DNA of 64,000 nt from an uncultured Verrucomicrobiae bacterium (GCA_963702845.1 OY969763.1:1856001-1920000); one strand, 5' to 3'; shown: positions 32,397-42,729, numbered from the stretch's first letter. The notes: generated by a model not told the origin, from the sequence alone. A program made the numbers and translations.

Positions 32397-33299
32397 TCAG
32401 TCGCAGATAACGTTGGGTAAGATGGAATCCCATGCGTTTTTAGGAATCTCCCGGTTTATGACTTTGGAACGTTTTAGCCAGCGATCAGTTTTGTCGTAGC
32501 GAGGATTATAGCCGCTTCTGGCGTGAACCGAGTTGCGATTATCGATTAGCAGAAGATCCCCTTTCTCGAGGGTCACTGATAAGGATCCCTCATTAAAATG
32601 ATCTGTTAACGTCTTTAAAGCACCGGCAGCCTGAGTGTTATCACAGATGGTATACAAAGGATCGTATCTCAAGCTCGGTCGACTTGTTGTACCCGCGAAA
32701 ATTGCCACTCGTGATGATGGAGAGGATCGAATCGAAAAAGATTCATCTGGGTCTATACGAAATAACGGCTCTTGAAGGGTCCTAATTACATCCTTATCAA
32801 TTTGATTCGGTTCGAATCGGCTAACAAGTGTTTGGGCAGAATTATCGCCCTGTAAGCACAGCAGCGCAATAAAATCTGGATTATAATCAGTATGCGCGTC
32901 TTCCGTATGCCATTTTAGTTCGACACTTCCGGTGCCTAATTGAAGCTGTGCATGTTCTTTGACAGGTCTGAAATCGTGAACTATCGCCCCTCCCAATTGC
33001 CCATGGTAGCCCACTGGCGTCCCACAAGTCGAAGCCAATGAAAGCAGAATCAATTCGGAAATGGACGAGTTTTCGCGCAAATCAAACACATTATCTACTG
33101 GTAAACCTTTGACCAAATACATTCCAGTGGGACTGGATTGATCCCGAAACGCCGTCAGGCTTTTAATTAAGTCGTCCGGAAGGTTTAAGTTGAAATTTGT
33201 TAGCTCTTCCGAAGTTCGGGCCTTTGAGGATATGTAAGAGTATCGAGGTTTGGCGGCCGATGTCTTCCCAATCAGCTCAGAAAGGAACGGAGGAATCAT
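32397..33299 (-). CDS. Fe(II)/2-oxoglutarate dioxygenase, clavaminate-synthase/TauD family (start uncertain)
   Basis: WHTEDAH (HxE triad), LLIDN...HAR, DRWLKR. Confidence 0.85.
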   Translation of the reverse strand: MIPPFLSELIGKTSAAKPRYSYISSKARTSEELTNFNLNLPDDLIKSLTAFRDQSSPTGMYLVKGLPVDNVFDLRENSSISELILLSLASTCGTPVGYHGQLGGAIVHDFRPVKEHAQLQLGTGSVELKWHTEDAHTDYNPDFIALLCLQGDNSAQTLVSRFEPNQIDKDVIRTLQEPLFRIDPDESFSIRSSPSSRVAIFAGTTSRPSLRYDPLYTICDNTQAAGALKTLTDHFNEGSLSVTLEKGDLLLIDNRNSVHARSGYNPRYDKTDRWLKRSKVINREIPKNAWDSILPNVICD

Positions 33300-33744
33300 A
33301 TAGAAATCTGGTGATTCGTGAATCCGCAATTTTAGCGCCCTTTTACCAATCGCCACAAAGGGTATGGGCAACTCCGACTCCCGTCTTACCTTAATCATAG
33401 GCACCTCACTGGAGCGAAAAAAGAATACGCAAGTCGTTGAAAATTCAATGGGACGGGGGCACCCCAAATGCTGAAGAATTTGCAACTGGCATCCAACATG
33501 CGGCGAAGAGGTTCGAGGACTGAATTTAACACCTTCATGCTTGATATCTGTTATGTTCGGCCTCGTGGTTCGGGAGGCGGTGAGACGCCATTTCGACGAA
33601 GCCGACAATAATTTTCTGTGTCGGCTTTTTTATCTCATATTTTGACCCTGAGTCAACTATTTCTTTCTTGTTGCGTAATTTCTTTCTTTAGGAAATTTCT
33701 TGCGTCCGCCTTCCATTTACTCGACGTTGCCCCGGTTTCATTTA

Positions 33745-34821
33745 ATGAACGTACGTCTTTCAACCCTTTTGGATCGTGAATTTAAGCGCCGTGCTACAGA
33801 AACCGGTTCTCAGTCCTCATTCAAAACTTTGGATGAACAGGCTTTCTTTCTTGGCGTTACAGCAAGTTGGTTAAGCCGGTTGCGCAATGGCCGGGCTCGA
33901 CTTTCTATTGAGCTTTCAAAACAATTTGCTGACCGCTTGCGCGGTGACAGAGAAGAAAGAAAAGATTTGTTGCATGAGCTACAAATTGCTGCCGAAATTC
34001 TTGAAGACAACAGTCCGTTGCGGTTCAAACGAGTCCATGAAGTGGAGGTCGATTCCGGTGGAGCATTACACAGCGTTCAATCATTTTTTGAATGGCTTTC
34101 GACAAAGAAAAGCGCGTTTGTGGCCTGTGAATATCGTGACCATCCGCGAACACATGCAGATGGCCGGTATAGTCCTGCTGCTGGAGATGCAGGTCGGGCA
34201 ATTTTCGAATCCGATATTACTTTTGCTTTTTTTCAGCCTTTTGGCCCTCCCGAACAGTATGAAAATTTAAATGAAAATTTTTACCATTGTCGGGAAGTGC
34301 GGAATTATTTGTTTCGTCTGACAAATTACGCAAGGAATGCCTTTCACAGAATCCTAGCTGCCGCGTTGGACGCTGCGACCGACGCGGGCGTCAAAAAGGA
34401 CGAAGACCTACTAAAAATATGTGAGCGTATAATTTTGTATGAACGAAACAGTAGGATTTACCCGACGAATTTTCTTTCCGGCCTTCAGTCCCGAATTTTC
34501 TTTTTAAAAATCCCAGAGCCCAAACTTGGTGAAGCTCCAAAACAAGTATTTGAGTGGGTTGCCTGTGCCGGTGGACGCGACTTTATTTTTGAACGTGACG
34601 CAACGTCCATGCCCCCCGAAGTTGTCGGCGATCAATTTTTCCCAATTGTTTCATTCTGGGAAAAGCATAATCGATTACCTAGTGCACCTGATGAATTGAA
34701 AAATGCTGTGAAAAATTCTCAGCAGGAATTTGGCGCGAAATTACCAGATGAATCATGGGAAATTTATCGTCAACCACAACCTGCTCTCGCTGAATGGAAG
34801 CAGAGTAAAATCAAACATTAA
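33745..34821 (+). CDS. Protein with N-terminal XRE-like HTH and uncharacterised C-terminal domain (putative regulator)
   Basis: TLDEQAFFLGVTASWLSRLRNGRARLS; divergent from the enzyme operon; stop overlaps the next ATG (TAATG). Confidence 0.65.
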   Translation: MNVRLSTLLDREFKRRATETGSQSSFKTLDEQAFFLGVTASWLSRLRNGRARLSIELSKQFADRLRGDREERKDLLHELQIAAEILEDNSPLRFKRVHEVEVDSGGALHSVQSFFEWLSTKKSAFVACEYRDHPRTHADGRYSPAAGDAGRAIFESDITFAFFQPFGPPEQYENLNENFYHCREVRNYLFRLTNYARNAFHRILAAALDAATDAGVKKDEDLLKICERIILYERNSRIYPTNFLSGLQSRIFFLKIPEPKLGEAPKQVFEWVACAGGRDFIFERDATSMPPEVVGDQFFPIVSFWEKHNRLPSAPDELKNAVKNSQQEFGAKLPDESWEIYRQPQPALAEWKQSKIKH

Positions 34822-35906
34822 TGATTAACATTCCCGAAGAATTCAACCTGCCGGCGAGCCACGGTTTTACCATGGCTGGATGGAATTTCAGCTCGCAAGA
34901 AATTGCGTCCGCTATTAACGGCCAACGGATGCTCAATCCTGCTATGGAACTCGGAACAAACGAGTGCCCATGGAATTGCGATTTTTGTTTTACGGAAAGC
35001 TCGATAAATCCACAGGGGCGAAAACATCGGCTGACCAATGAACTTTCTCTGGAGAGACGTTTTCGGCTGATTGATGAGGCTGAAGCTCTAGGTACAAAAA
35101 GCATAAATTTTGCTGGTGCGGGAGAGCCAACCATTGAACCAAATTTCTGGATACTCTTGGAACGAATGCGAGAAAGAAGCATCACACCCATCATTTACAC
35201 GGAGGCTTCTCTAAAACTGCAAAACAAGGACTTTGTCTCACGCCTTTTTGATAGCGGCGCGACGGTCGTTGTGAAGATGAACTCTCTCTTCAATCCAGAA
35301 TACCAAGACAAGGTCTTGCGCGGGGTGCGCCCCAAGCCTGGAGTTCCAACACGCAGCTACAGTGAGGGCCGAAAAAAAGCTTTGGAATTGCTGTTGGAAG
35401 CTGGTTTTGCCAAATCTGTTCCCACTCGCCTAGCCTTCGACACAATTATCTGCCGTGAAAATGTTTCAGAAATAGAACAGATTCATCGCTACGCCCGCGC
35501 TCAAAATATTTTCGTAATCTTCGTTAATTATCTTCCATCAGGCCGAACATCTGACGGTCACACATCCGCGATTACTTGGGACGAGCAACATACTATTTTC
35601 AAGCGGTTGGCCGAAATTGACAGGAATGAATTCAAGATTGATCATGCGAGCCATTTTCCATATTCGGGTGGCGTTCCATGCACAATCCGCGGCTTGGGTT
35701 TATTCGTGAAAATCCAAGGACAAGTTTTTGATTGTCCCGGAGAAACCATCGCGCTTGGAAATCTTAAAGAGAAAAGTTTGAAGGAGATTTGGACGAAGGC
35801 TCGGGAGATTGCTCGTAATTTCAACGGAGAATGTTTACCTCGAAAATTATTTTGGCAACGAATGACGACGTCAAAATTACCGGAGGAAACTTTAGCCCGT
35901 GCCTGA
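34821..35906 (+). CDS. Radical SAM enzyme with C-terminal SPASM/twitch-like cysteines
   Basis: CPWNCDFC, GAGEP, and C-terminal C...GQVFDCPG...GNL...W...C. Confidence 0.88.
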   Translation: MINIPEEFNLPASHGFTMAGWNFSSQEIASAINGQRMLNPAMELGTNECPWNCDFCFTESSINPQGRKHRLTNELSLERRFRLIDEAEALGTKSINFAGAGEPTIEPNFWILLERMRERSITPIIYTEASLKLQNKDFVSRLFDSGATVVVKMNSLFNPEYQDKVLRGVRPKPGVPTRSYSEGRKKALELLLEAGFAKSVPTRLAFDTIICRENVSEIEQIHRYARAQNIFVIFVNYLPSGRTSDGHTSAITWDEQHTIFKRLAEIDRNEFKIDHASHFPYSGGVPCTIRGLGLFVKIQGQVFDCPGETIALGNLKEKSLKEIWTKAREIARNFNGECLPRKLFWQRMTTSKLPEETLARA

Positions 35907-36230
35907 GGTTCATTTCATCTTGCACATTACCAACTAAAGCCCGAGCCCAGCGCCGAGGTCGTTGCGCAATTGACCGACACGCCTCCATTTGTCCGCCTCG
36001 GTTGCAGCGTATTCCACATGAAAATTGATTTCATCTGTTTGGCCCTTTACATCCCGCCCTTCCGCCGCAAATAACAACTGCCGAGTTATGATGCTTCAAA
36101 ATTGAAACGTGTTTGGCTATTTTGATTTGAAATTAGATATATGTTAGAATGGAAATTTCCACGAACCTAAGACTTAAGATTTACCGTTGAAGAGAGTGAA
36201 ACAACTACAGAGTATTTATAATTAAAAGCT

Positions 36231-38009
36231 ATGCCAATAATTGAAGGTCTGAGCGAAGCGCAGAATAATCCTCTCAAGCGGATAATCACATCCTCTGTCT
36301 GTGAGGTAATTCAATCTTGGGGGACTCCCATTCGCGCCGAAGATCTCTATCTTTTCATCGGAGAGCCTCCGTCCGAAGACCTAGGGGATTACACATTGTC
36401 TTGTTACCCGCTTGCCAAACAGCTGCGGAAATCCCCCGACATAATCGCGAAGCAGCTTGGTGAATGTTTATCCTCTTGTGCGAACTTTTCGTGCAAAGTG
36501 GTAGGACCCTATGTGAACTTTTCATTCCCAATTGGAGTTCTCGGTGAGCAGGTACTGACAAAGATATTAAATCGAACACTTGATCAACAATCAGTATTCG
36601 TAAACCCGCCGCGGGTTATGATTGAGTATTCACAGCCAAATACTCATAAGGAACTTCATGTGGGGCATATGCGGAATATGGCTCTTGGCTCGGCGCTAGT
36701 AAATTTATTTACAAACTGCGGAATCCCAACTCTTTCTTCAACATTTCCGGGTGATGTAGGGGCGCACGTAGCAAAGTGTCTTTGGTATTTGCAATATGTG
36801 AACAAGGAAGCCACCCCAGATGTTAAGCGCGGAGAGTGGTTAGGAAGCATATACTCAAAAGCAGTCAAAGCGTTGGAACTTATTGAGGAAGATTTGGAAA
36901 AGAAGCGTGCAGCAGATGAGCAAATCAGTGAGATACTTAGATGCATTGAGCAAAAACAAGGGGAAGCGTATGCGTTATGGCGAGAAACACGCAAATGGTC
37001 TATCGACCTGCTAGAGGAAATATACCATTGGGCAGGCGTCCGGTTTGATGTGTGGTATTGGGAATCTGAAGTTGATTCAGCCTCCGTTAGTTACGTCAAA
37101 CAGCTCCTGGCGGATGGCCAACTTATGCTATCCAACGGTGCCGTCGGCATGGACTTATCAGATGACGGACTGGGGTTCTGTTTGCTATTAAAATCAGATG
37201 GCAACGGTCTATATGCAACAAAGGATGTAGAACTTGCCCGCCGTAAGTTCGAGGACCACAAGATCGAACGGAGTATTTATATTGTTGATAGTGGGCAGTC
37301 TTTTCATTTGCAGCAGATATTCGCTGTTCTAAGACGCATCGGATTTCCGAATGCGGCGCAATGTGTTCATCTGAAATACGAGGTCGTGGAGTTGCCAGAG
37401 GGAAAGATGAGCTCCAGGCGCGGAAACATTGTACCAATTGCCGAACTGATAACACGAATGCAAGAAATTGTAATCAAGGATCACCTAGATAAGCATCGTG
37501 GCATTTGGTCTGATGTGGAGATCGAAGCGACGGCGAAACTGGTTGCGCGAGGAGCGATCAAATTCGGTATGTTGCGAGTAACGAATGAGCGGAAGATTGT
37601 GTTCGATATGGGTGAATGGCTTCGACTGGATGGTGATTCTGGTCCCTATTTGCAATATGCTTGCGTCAGATTAAACAGTCTTATTCGTAAAGCAAAAGAG
37701 GCCAATGGAAATTCCGATGCTGTATCGTGGCCTCTTTTGGACGTAGCCATAGAAAGAGAGATTGTAGTAATGATGAGCCGTTTTAATGATATCGTCGCCA
37801 CTGCATGTAAAGATTGTCAGCCTTCAATTATTTGCTCATACCTCATACGTCTCGCTCGTAAGTTCGCTAATTACTACGCTACTACTCAGATAATAATTCC
37901 CACTGATCCAGCGTTGACCCGAGCTAGAGTAGAACTTATGAGCGCTGTCAGATGTATTCTGGTAAGAGGCCTCGAACTACTTGGAATCGATGTCCCTGAA
38001 AGAATGTGA
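36231..38009 (+). CDS. argS: Arginine--tRNA ligase located on the island (probably an extra copy)
   Basis: EYSQPNTHKELHVGHMRN (HIGH), KSDG..LYATKD, KMSSRRG, GPYLQYA..R, LGI..PERM C-terminus; full length, no frameshift. Confidence 0.94.
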   Translation: MPIIEGLSEAQNNPLKRIITSSVCEVIQSWGTPIRAEDLYLFIGEPPSEDLGDYTLSCYPLAKQLRKSPDIIAKQLGECLSSCANFSCKVVGPYVNFSFPIGVLGEQVLTKILNRTLDQQSVFVNPPRVMIEYSQPNTHKELHVGHMRNMALGSALVNLFTNCGIPTLSSTFPGDVGAHVAKCLWYLQYVNKEATPDVKRGEWLGSIYSKAVKALELIEEDLEKKRAADEQISEILRCIEQKQGEAYALWRETRKWSIDLLEEIYHWAGVRFDVWYWESEVDSASVSYVKQLLADGQLMLSNGAVGMDLSDDGLGFCLLLKSDGNGLYATKDVELARRKFEDHKIERSIYIVDSGQSFHLQQIFAVLRRIGFPNAAQCVHLKYEVVELPEGKMSSRRGNIVPIAELITRMQEIVIKDHLDKHRGIWSDVEIEATAKLVARGAIKFGMLRVTNERKIVFDMGEWLRLDGDSGPYLQYACVRLNSLIRKAKEANGNSDAVSWPLLDVAIEREIVVMMSRFNDIVATACKDCQPSIICSYLIRLARKFANYYATTQIIIPTDPALTRARVELMSAVRCILVRGLELLGIDVPERM

Positions 38010-38615
38010 TGACGTTTATTGCTTGATAACTCTGGCGGACTACATTTACGTATGTTTAGTTTCTTAAACGTATTTGACACTGTCTTCGCCATCGGCCAAG
38101 GTGCGGCACATGACTGGCATTTGGCTGAATAGCAGTATTGTGCCTCCTATCGGAGCGACTTGTTTTGGAAATAGTCGCAGGCTGGCTGGTTAGGTTTTTT
38201 CATTTGGAGGTTCAATAAGTTTGGTCCCAAGGGATTTGGAGCCGTGTTTACCGTCCTATTCGGTGAGGCTGCTATCAAATTCATGGAGACTGAAAAGACA
38301 GTTCTGTGGTTCTATCCCATCGGGTTTGGCAAACCGTTCTGAGCAGCCCGCTTTCTCCCTGACCACTGGAGACCAGAGAAATTTTCCGAGTTTGTTTAGG
38401 TGTTTAGGCGGTGCAAGTGTTTTTAGCAAAACGCGATTAAATGACCTCGTCCCTCGGCGGCGCTTCGCAGGGAACACGACTTTAAATATTGATGACATCA
38501 GCTCGCGTCAGCCGTCCGTTCATCCCTGCCCTTTAACATCCGCTGCAGAAGGGCGAGATCCGACGGGGCTTTACTGGGCAAGAAAAAACCTCTCTCGGAA
38601 ACGAGAGAGGTGTGT

Positions 38616-39362
38616 TTAGAACTTCAGCGTGAACTCCTGCTGACCAAGCGATGCTTTGATCCGCTCCACTTCTGCTGGTTGAGGCGGCTGTCCTTGTTCC
38701 GTAGCTTCCGGTGCTCGATTTCTCAAAGCCAGAGGAAGCCATGGCGCAAGATAGTGGATGTTTGACCATGCGGACCAAAACTCCAGTGACAACGAGTTGC
38801 CGTGAATGACACGTGAAGGAATACCCCACAGAGTCGTATTAAGGAACGCCATATCACAGGCTGTGCGGCTGATGTCTATCGCTGTCACCCGCAACCTGCG
38901 CCGGACATCCGGCACACAAGCTCCGGCGAACGATAGTATCATCGCACCTGCGCCACAGGCCGGTTCGCAAACTGTGATCTCGCGGTCAGATGGTAGCGAA
39001 GTTGCATCACCAATCATCATGCGAGCCATGAGGTCGCAAACCGGCTTGGGCGTGTGGAACTCGCCGTTCCATTGCTGTCCTTTCTGCGACAGCGCGAATT
39101 CCATGTAGTAGCCGCCTAGGATGTCTTCGAACGGACAACATTCCATTTGAATGATAAGCGCGCCCAGAGCTTCCGCGAACAAATCCAATTCAGATTTCTC
39201 CCATTGTTTCGCTTCTTCAAGGTATTCGGCCTCGCGCGTCTGTGCGGCAAGCGTGCAGGCGGCGAGGCGGACGAACGCGTCGAATACCATGCGTGTATCA
39301 TGGCGATGAGAAATCTCCTGAAGGATTTTGCGGAAGTCGCGCGTGTGCGACTTCGGTTTCAT
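38616..39362 (-). CDS. N-6 DNA methylase-like protein (ICE-type)
   Basis: GEFHTP, EPACGAGAM, AIDI, HGNSL. Confidence 0.75.
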   Translation of the reverse strand: MKPKSHTRDFRKILQEISHRHDTRMVFDAFVRLAACTLAAQTREAEYLEEAKQWEKSELDLFAEALGALIIQMECCPFEDILGGYYMEFALSQKGQQWNGEFHTPKPVCDLMARMMIGDATSLPSDREITVCEPACGAGAMILSFAGACVPDVRRRLRVTAIDISRTACDMAFLNTTLWGIPSRVIHGNSLSLEFWSAWSNIHYLAPWLPLALRNRAPEATEQGQPPQPAEVERIKASLGQQEFTLKF

Positions 39363-39363
39363 C

Positions 39364-39864
39364 TCAGCTGTAGAAGTAGCCAAGCTCGCGAAGCGAGATG
39401 TGTTTCGAACTACCGACGATCACGTGGTCAACCACATCGATTTTGAGCAGTTGTCCCGCCCGTATCAAATCCCTCGTGGTCTTTATGTCCGCTTCGGAAG
39501 GTGTTGGATCGCCAGATGGGTGATTGTGCATAAGCACAATCGCGCCAGCTGCAATCGCGATCGCCGCTCTGAACACTTCGCGCGGATGAACGAGAATCTG
39601 GTCCAGAATTCCGATGGAGATTAGGTGATGTCCTTTGATGCGTCGCCTTGTATTCAAGAGCAACACAACGAAGCATTCACAATCAGGGTTGAAGTATGAC
39701 GACGTCGCAATGTGCGCCTGCCAATACTCCACGGCTGATTTCGGCTCCTCGCATATCTGCTTCTCGTCCGGCGTGACGCATTCCCGCAATGTTATCACCT
39801 TGTATTCTTTGGGCTGCTGTATCTTTCGTTTTGGTGGTGGCTGCTGGTCCAATAATTGGTCCAC
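39364..39864 (-). CDS. radC: RadC-like JAB domain protein
   Basis: VHPREVF, HNHPSGDPTPSEAD, DHVIVG. Confidence 0.9.
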   Translation of the reverse strand: MDQLLDQQPPPKRKIQQPKEYKVITLRECVTPDEKQICEEPKSAVEYWQAHIATSSYFNPDCECFVVLLLNTRRRIKGHHLISIGILDQILVHPREVFRAAIAIAAGAIVLMHNHPSGDPTPSEADIKTTRDLIRAGQLLKIDVVDHVIVGSSKHISLRELGYFYS

Positions 39865-39996
39865 AAGTCCTTTCTGAAGCCGTCCATCCCGCCGAAGCGG
39901 GATCGCTTCGGGGTTAGATATGCTCGCTGGAAGCAGGACGGCGGAAACAGCGAACGAAGATGAAGGCGGCCTTTCTCAGGGAGAAAGGCCGTTTGA

Positions 39997-40284
39997 TTAG
40001 TAGTCTTCCGGCAACAACACCGTTGTTGCCGATCGATCTGCTTCGGTGATGAGCCAGAAGCGGATTCCCGCTGTGGATTGATACACCGACAGCAAACGAA
40101 GGCCCTGTCGAAGCGACTGTTCGTTTTCCTTGCGGTCGTAATCCGGAATGTCGCCCCAATCGCCGGCCTGGTGCCGGCGAATTCCCATGAGAATGTCATC
40201 GGAAGTCAGGTATCGCAGCGCATTCGGCGTCGCGACGATGCGGCCAAGTCGAAACATGGCGATGGGCAAGGCCTCGGCATTCAT
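39997..40284 (-). CDS. Conserved plasmid/ICE hypothetical protein
   Basis: FRLGRIVATPNAL...RHQAGDWG...WLITEADRSATTVLLPEDY, a pattern recognised from mobile elements. Confidence 0.7.
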   Translation of the reverse strand: MNAEALPIAMFRLGRIVATPNALRYLTSDDILMGIRRHQAGDWGDIPDYDRKENEQSLRQGLRLLSVYQSTAGIRFWLITEADRSATTVLLPEDY

Positions 40285-40610
40285 AGTTTGTAATCCTCGA
40301 ATGCCACGGCCAAGCCGTCCTCGTCGTCGCCCAACAAATCCTCAAGAGCCGCTTTGGTGGCGACTCTCTCGGCGTTGGGCTTGGCGTCTTTGGGGCACGC
40401 CGGACAACGAATCACGTTGATGACGCCGCGCCCGAATTCCCAGCCTACCGCTTTGAACTCGTCGCGGTAACTCGGTGAGAGCTTATGATGCGTGGGCAAC
40501 TTGCACCATGCTTCGGCTTCGTCTGGACTCAAGCCGGTGTCGAAGATGGCATCGTGCCAGAGATGATGTACATCCCATGGCTCGCTGCACGTTGAGCAAT
40601 GAACGTCCAT
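40281..40610 (-). CDS. Hypothetical Zn-finger-like protein
   Basis: CSTCSEPW and CPAC motifs; 4-bp overlap with the downstream gene. Confidence 0.65.
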   Translation of the reverse strand: MDVHCSTCSEPWDVHHLWHDAIFDTGLSPDEAEAWCKLPTHHKLSPSYRDEFKAVGWEFGRGVINVIRCPACPKDAKPNAERVATKAALEDLLGDDEDGLAVAFEDYKL

Positions 40611-40622
40611 GTATTCCTCCGT

Positions 40623-41657
40623 TCATGCGATCAACGCTTTCACTTCCTCATCGGTGAGATCCTCGGCCTGATAGTTCTCCTGCGCAAAGACGTGCGTCTT
40701 CACAAAAGCGAACTTGGACAAACGCACGGCAACATCTTCACGCCCCGTCCGTCCCGATTCGTCTTCGTCAAAGACGATGACGATGCGGCTATTTCGATCC
40801 GTGTGCTCTCGAATGAACTTCTCCTGCACGTCAGACATGCTGCTACCCATGAGCGCGATCACTTTTTTGTATCCGTCCTGGTGCATGAGCATGCAGCCAA
40901 AGAAGCCTTCAACGATCACAAGCGCCTGGTCCTTTGGTTCTCTGAAGGCGCGCTCGACGTTGAATATTTCGAGCGACTTCCTGAACCCTGGCGGGAGTTT
41001 GTATTTCTCGGTGTCTTTGTCGGGTTCTCCGGCAAAGCGACCTGCATACGCGACAACCGCACCATCAGCATTGCAGATGGGAATCGCAATGCGTCCGGTC
41101 ATCATGCCTTTGGCGCAATATCCGATGCCGAAGTCCTGGATGGTCTCCGGCAACAGGCCGCGCTCGACAAGATACGGATGTGCATGGTCGAGCTTGTCCA
41201 AACGGAATTTGAGTGGCTTGTTCGGTCCGCCCGTGTCTTCCGGCTTGGCCGCTGGTTTGCTTGCCGGCTTCGGCTTCTCATTGGCAGGCTTGTCATGCTT
41301 CTCGTCAGATGGTTCCGGCTGGTCCTCACTTTCTTTGCATCCGGTCACGGCTTCGGGATCGAGACTGAACCATTCGATGGCTTTGACGGCCGCCGCGTGA
41401 ATCGTTACCCGCTCCATTTCGGCAATGAAATCAAGGACGTTGCCGCCATGTTTGCACTCCGAAAAGCAATTCCAGATGTTCTTGCTGATACTCACCCGGA
41501 ATTGCGTCGGGTTGCTGCCTTTGTGAATCGGACACGGACCACTTAGACTGTCTCCGCTTCGTTTGAATTGGTTCAAGAGGCCGTATCGGTCGAGAACCTG
41601 TTCCATTTTCAAAGCCTCTCTGACGGCTTTGAAATCTACATACGGTGATTTGGGCAT
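40623..41657 (-). CDS. DNA primase-like protein (CHC2 zinc finger + Toprim)
   Basis: CPIH...WNCFSEC..GGN, YAGR, VEGFF, FDED.SG. Confidence 0.87.
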   Translation of the reverse strand: MPKSPYVDFKAVREALKMEQVLDRYGLLNQFKRSGDSLSGPCPIHKGSNPTQFRVSISKNIWNCFSECKHGGNVLDFIAEMERVTIHAAAVKAIEWFSLDPEAVTGCKESEDQPEPSDEKHDKPANEKPKPASKPAAKPEDTGGPNKPLKFRLDKLDHAHPYLVERGLLPETIQDFGIGYCAKGMMTGRIAIPICNADGAVVAYAGRFAGEPDKDTEKYKLPPGFRKSLEIFNVERAFREPKDQALVIVEGFFGCMLMHQDGYKKVIALMGSSMSDVQEKFIREHTDRNSRIVIVFDEDESGRTGREDVAVRLSKFAFVKTHVFAQENYQAEDLTDEEVKALIA

Positions 41658-41779
41658 ATAACTACTCCTGTGGTTTGATTGTGAAGAACGGGACAGTTCG
41701 GGAGTGAACTGTCTCTGCACTACATCGTACGGAGCATTTAAAATCTGCCCAGACACTGGCATATGCCGTTTCCGGCAAG

Positions 41780-42691
41780 TCAGTTGAGAAGCGTGGAAGT
41801 CTCGCCAGCACGCCCGGTCTGCCAAATGTGCGAGAAAATCTCGCTTGGTTTCTCCGAAATGCTTCTGTCAGTGAATAGAAATAGCCCGTGACCGTGCTTT
41901 AATTGGCTACATGCATCCACCAAGGATTTCACCCGTGCTGCACTGATTGTGACGGTGAGGACGCGGAAGCGATGAAAGCCGTATCGTTTCTCGTATATGC
42001 GCTGCAACCATGTCGCCTCGTATGCGAGCAGTTTTCGAAGGAATGACGTTTGCAAGAAACTCTTCCGAATGACTGGCATCGTGCCGCGATCTGCTTCCAA
42101 AAAGAAACATGCCCTCTCGACTTTGCCATTCTCCGTCATGTATTCCAGTGCGAACACACGGTCTGGCGTTGTGGTCAGCCGAACCTGCGGGGCGATATTA
42201 ACCCGCCACTGAAACGGCTTTTCCTTTCCTCGAACCTGTAGTTCTTCCTCGGTGAGCAAGCGAATGCCTCGTTTACGACATGCAAGTTCCAATGCGACCA
42301 TGAAGTCTGAAACCAACAGAGCGTGTTCCAAGTACATGCGCTCGAGCTTTTGATTCTTTTCGCTCCACCGCTCATAGTGGCCTCCCAACTTGGTCTCCCG
42401 CTGAAGCAGTTTAATGCTCTTGTCTGCCAGAGCGCAGATGATCTCGCGCGAACCGCCCTTGTGATAATACTCCAGTTGGGCGCGCGGGCGCTCCAGATAT
42501 CCGTGATGATAGAGCGATTGAAGTCGACGCACGATACCCTGATGACTACCGCCAATAAGCGAGACGATATGCGAAGAACGCAGAAAACGATGCCGATGGA
42601 TGAGCCGGAGGATTTCGCGGTCGCGAGGCGTGAGGTAAATGGGGGCAACCGATGTGGTGCGCGTGAAGCGGGGAAGACGATGAAACTCCAT
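41780..42691 (-). CDS. Replication-relaxation (Replic_Relax) family protein
   Basis: LTPRDREIL..HRFL wHTH, EHALLV, PD..F, FLEADRGT. Confidence 0.8.
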   Translation of the reverse strand: MEFHRLPRFTRTTSVAPIYLTPRDREILRLIHRHRFLRSSHIVSLIGGSHQGIVRRLQSLYHHGYLERPRAQLEYYHKGGSREIICALADKSIKLLQRETKLGGHYERWSEKNQKLERMYLEHALLVSDFMVALELACRKRGIRLLTEEELQVRGKEKPFQWRVNIAPQVRLTTTPDRVFALEYMTENGKVERACFFLEADRGTMPVIRKSFLQTSFLRKLLAYEATWLQRIYEKRYGFHRFRVLTVTISAARVKSLVDACSQLKHGHGLFLFTDRSISEKPSEIFSHIWQTGRAGETSTLLN

Positions 42692-42729
42692 CGTGCCACT
42701 CTATCGGACACAACGAAGTGGGGAAGACA

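Noticed and set aside
33300..33608. N-terminal extension of the dioxygenase ORF
   Set aside because: Relies on a non-ATG start, resembles no protein family, and occupies the likely divergent promoter region.
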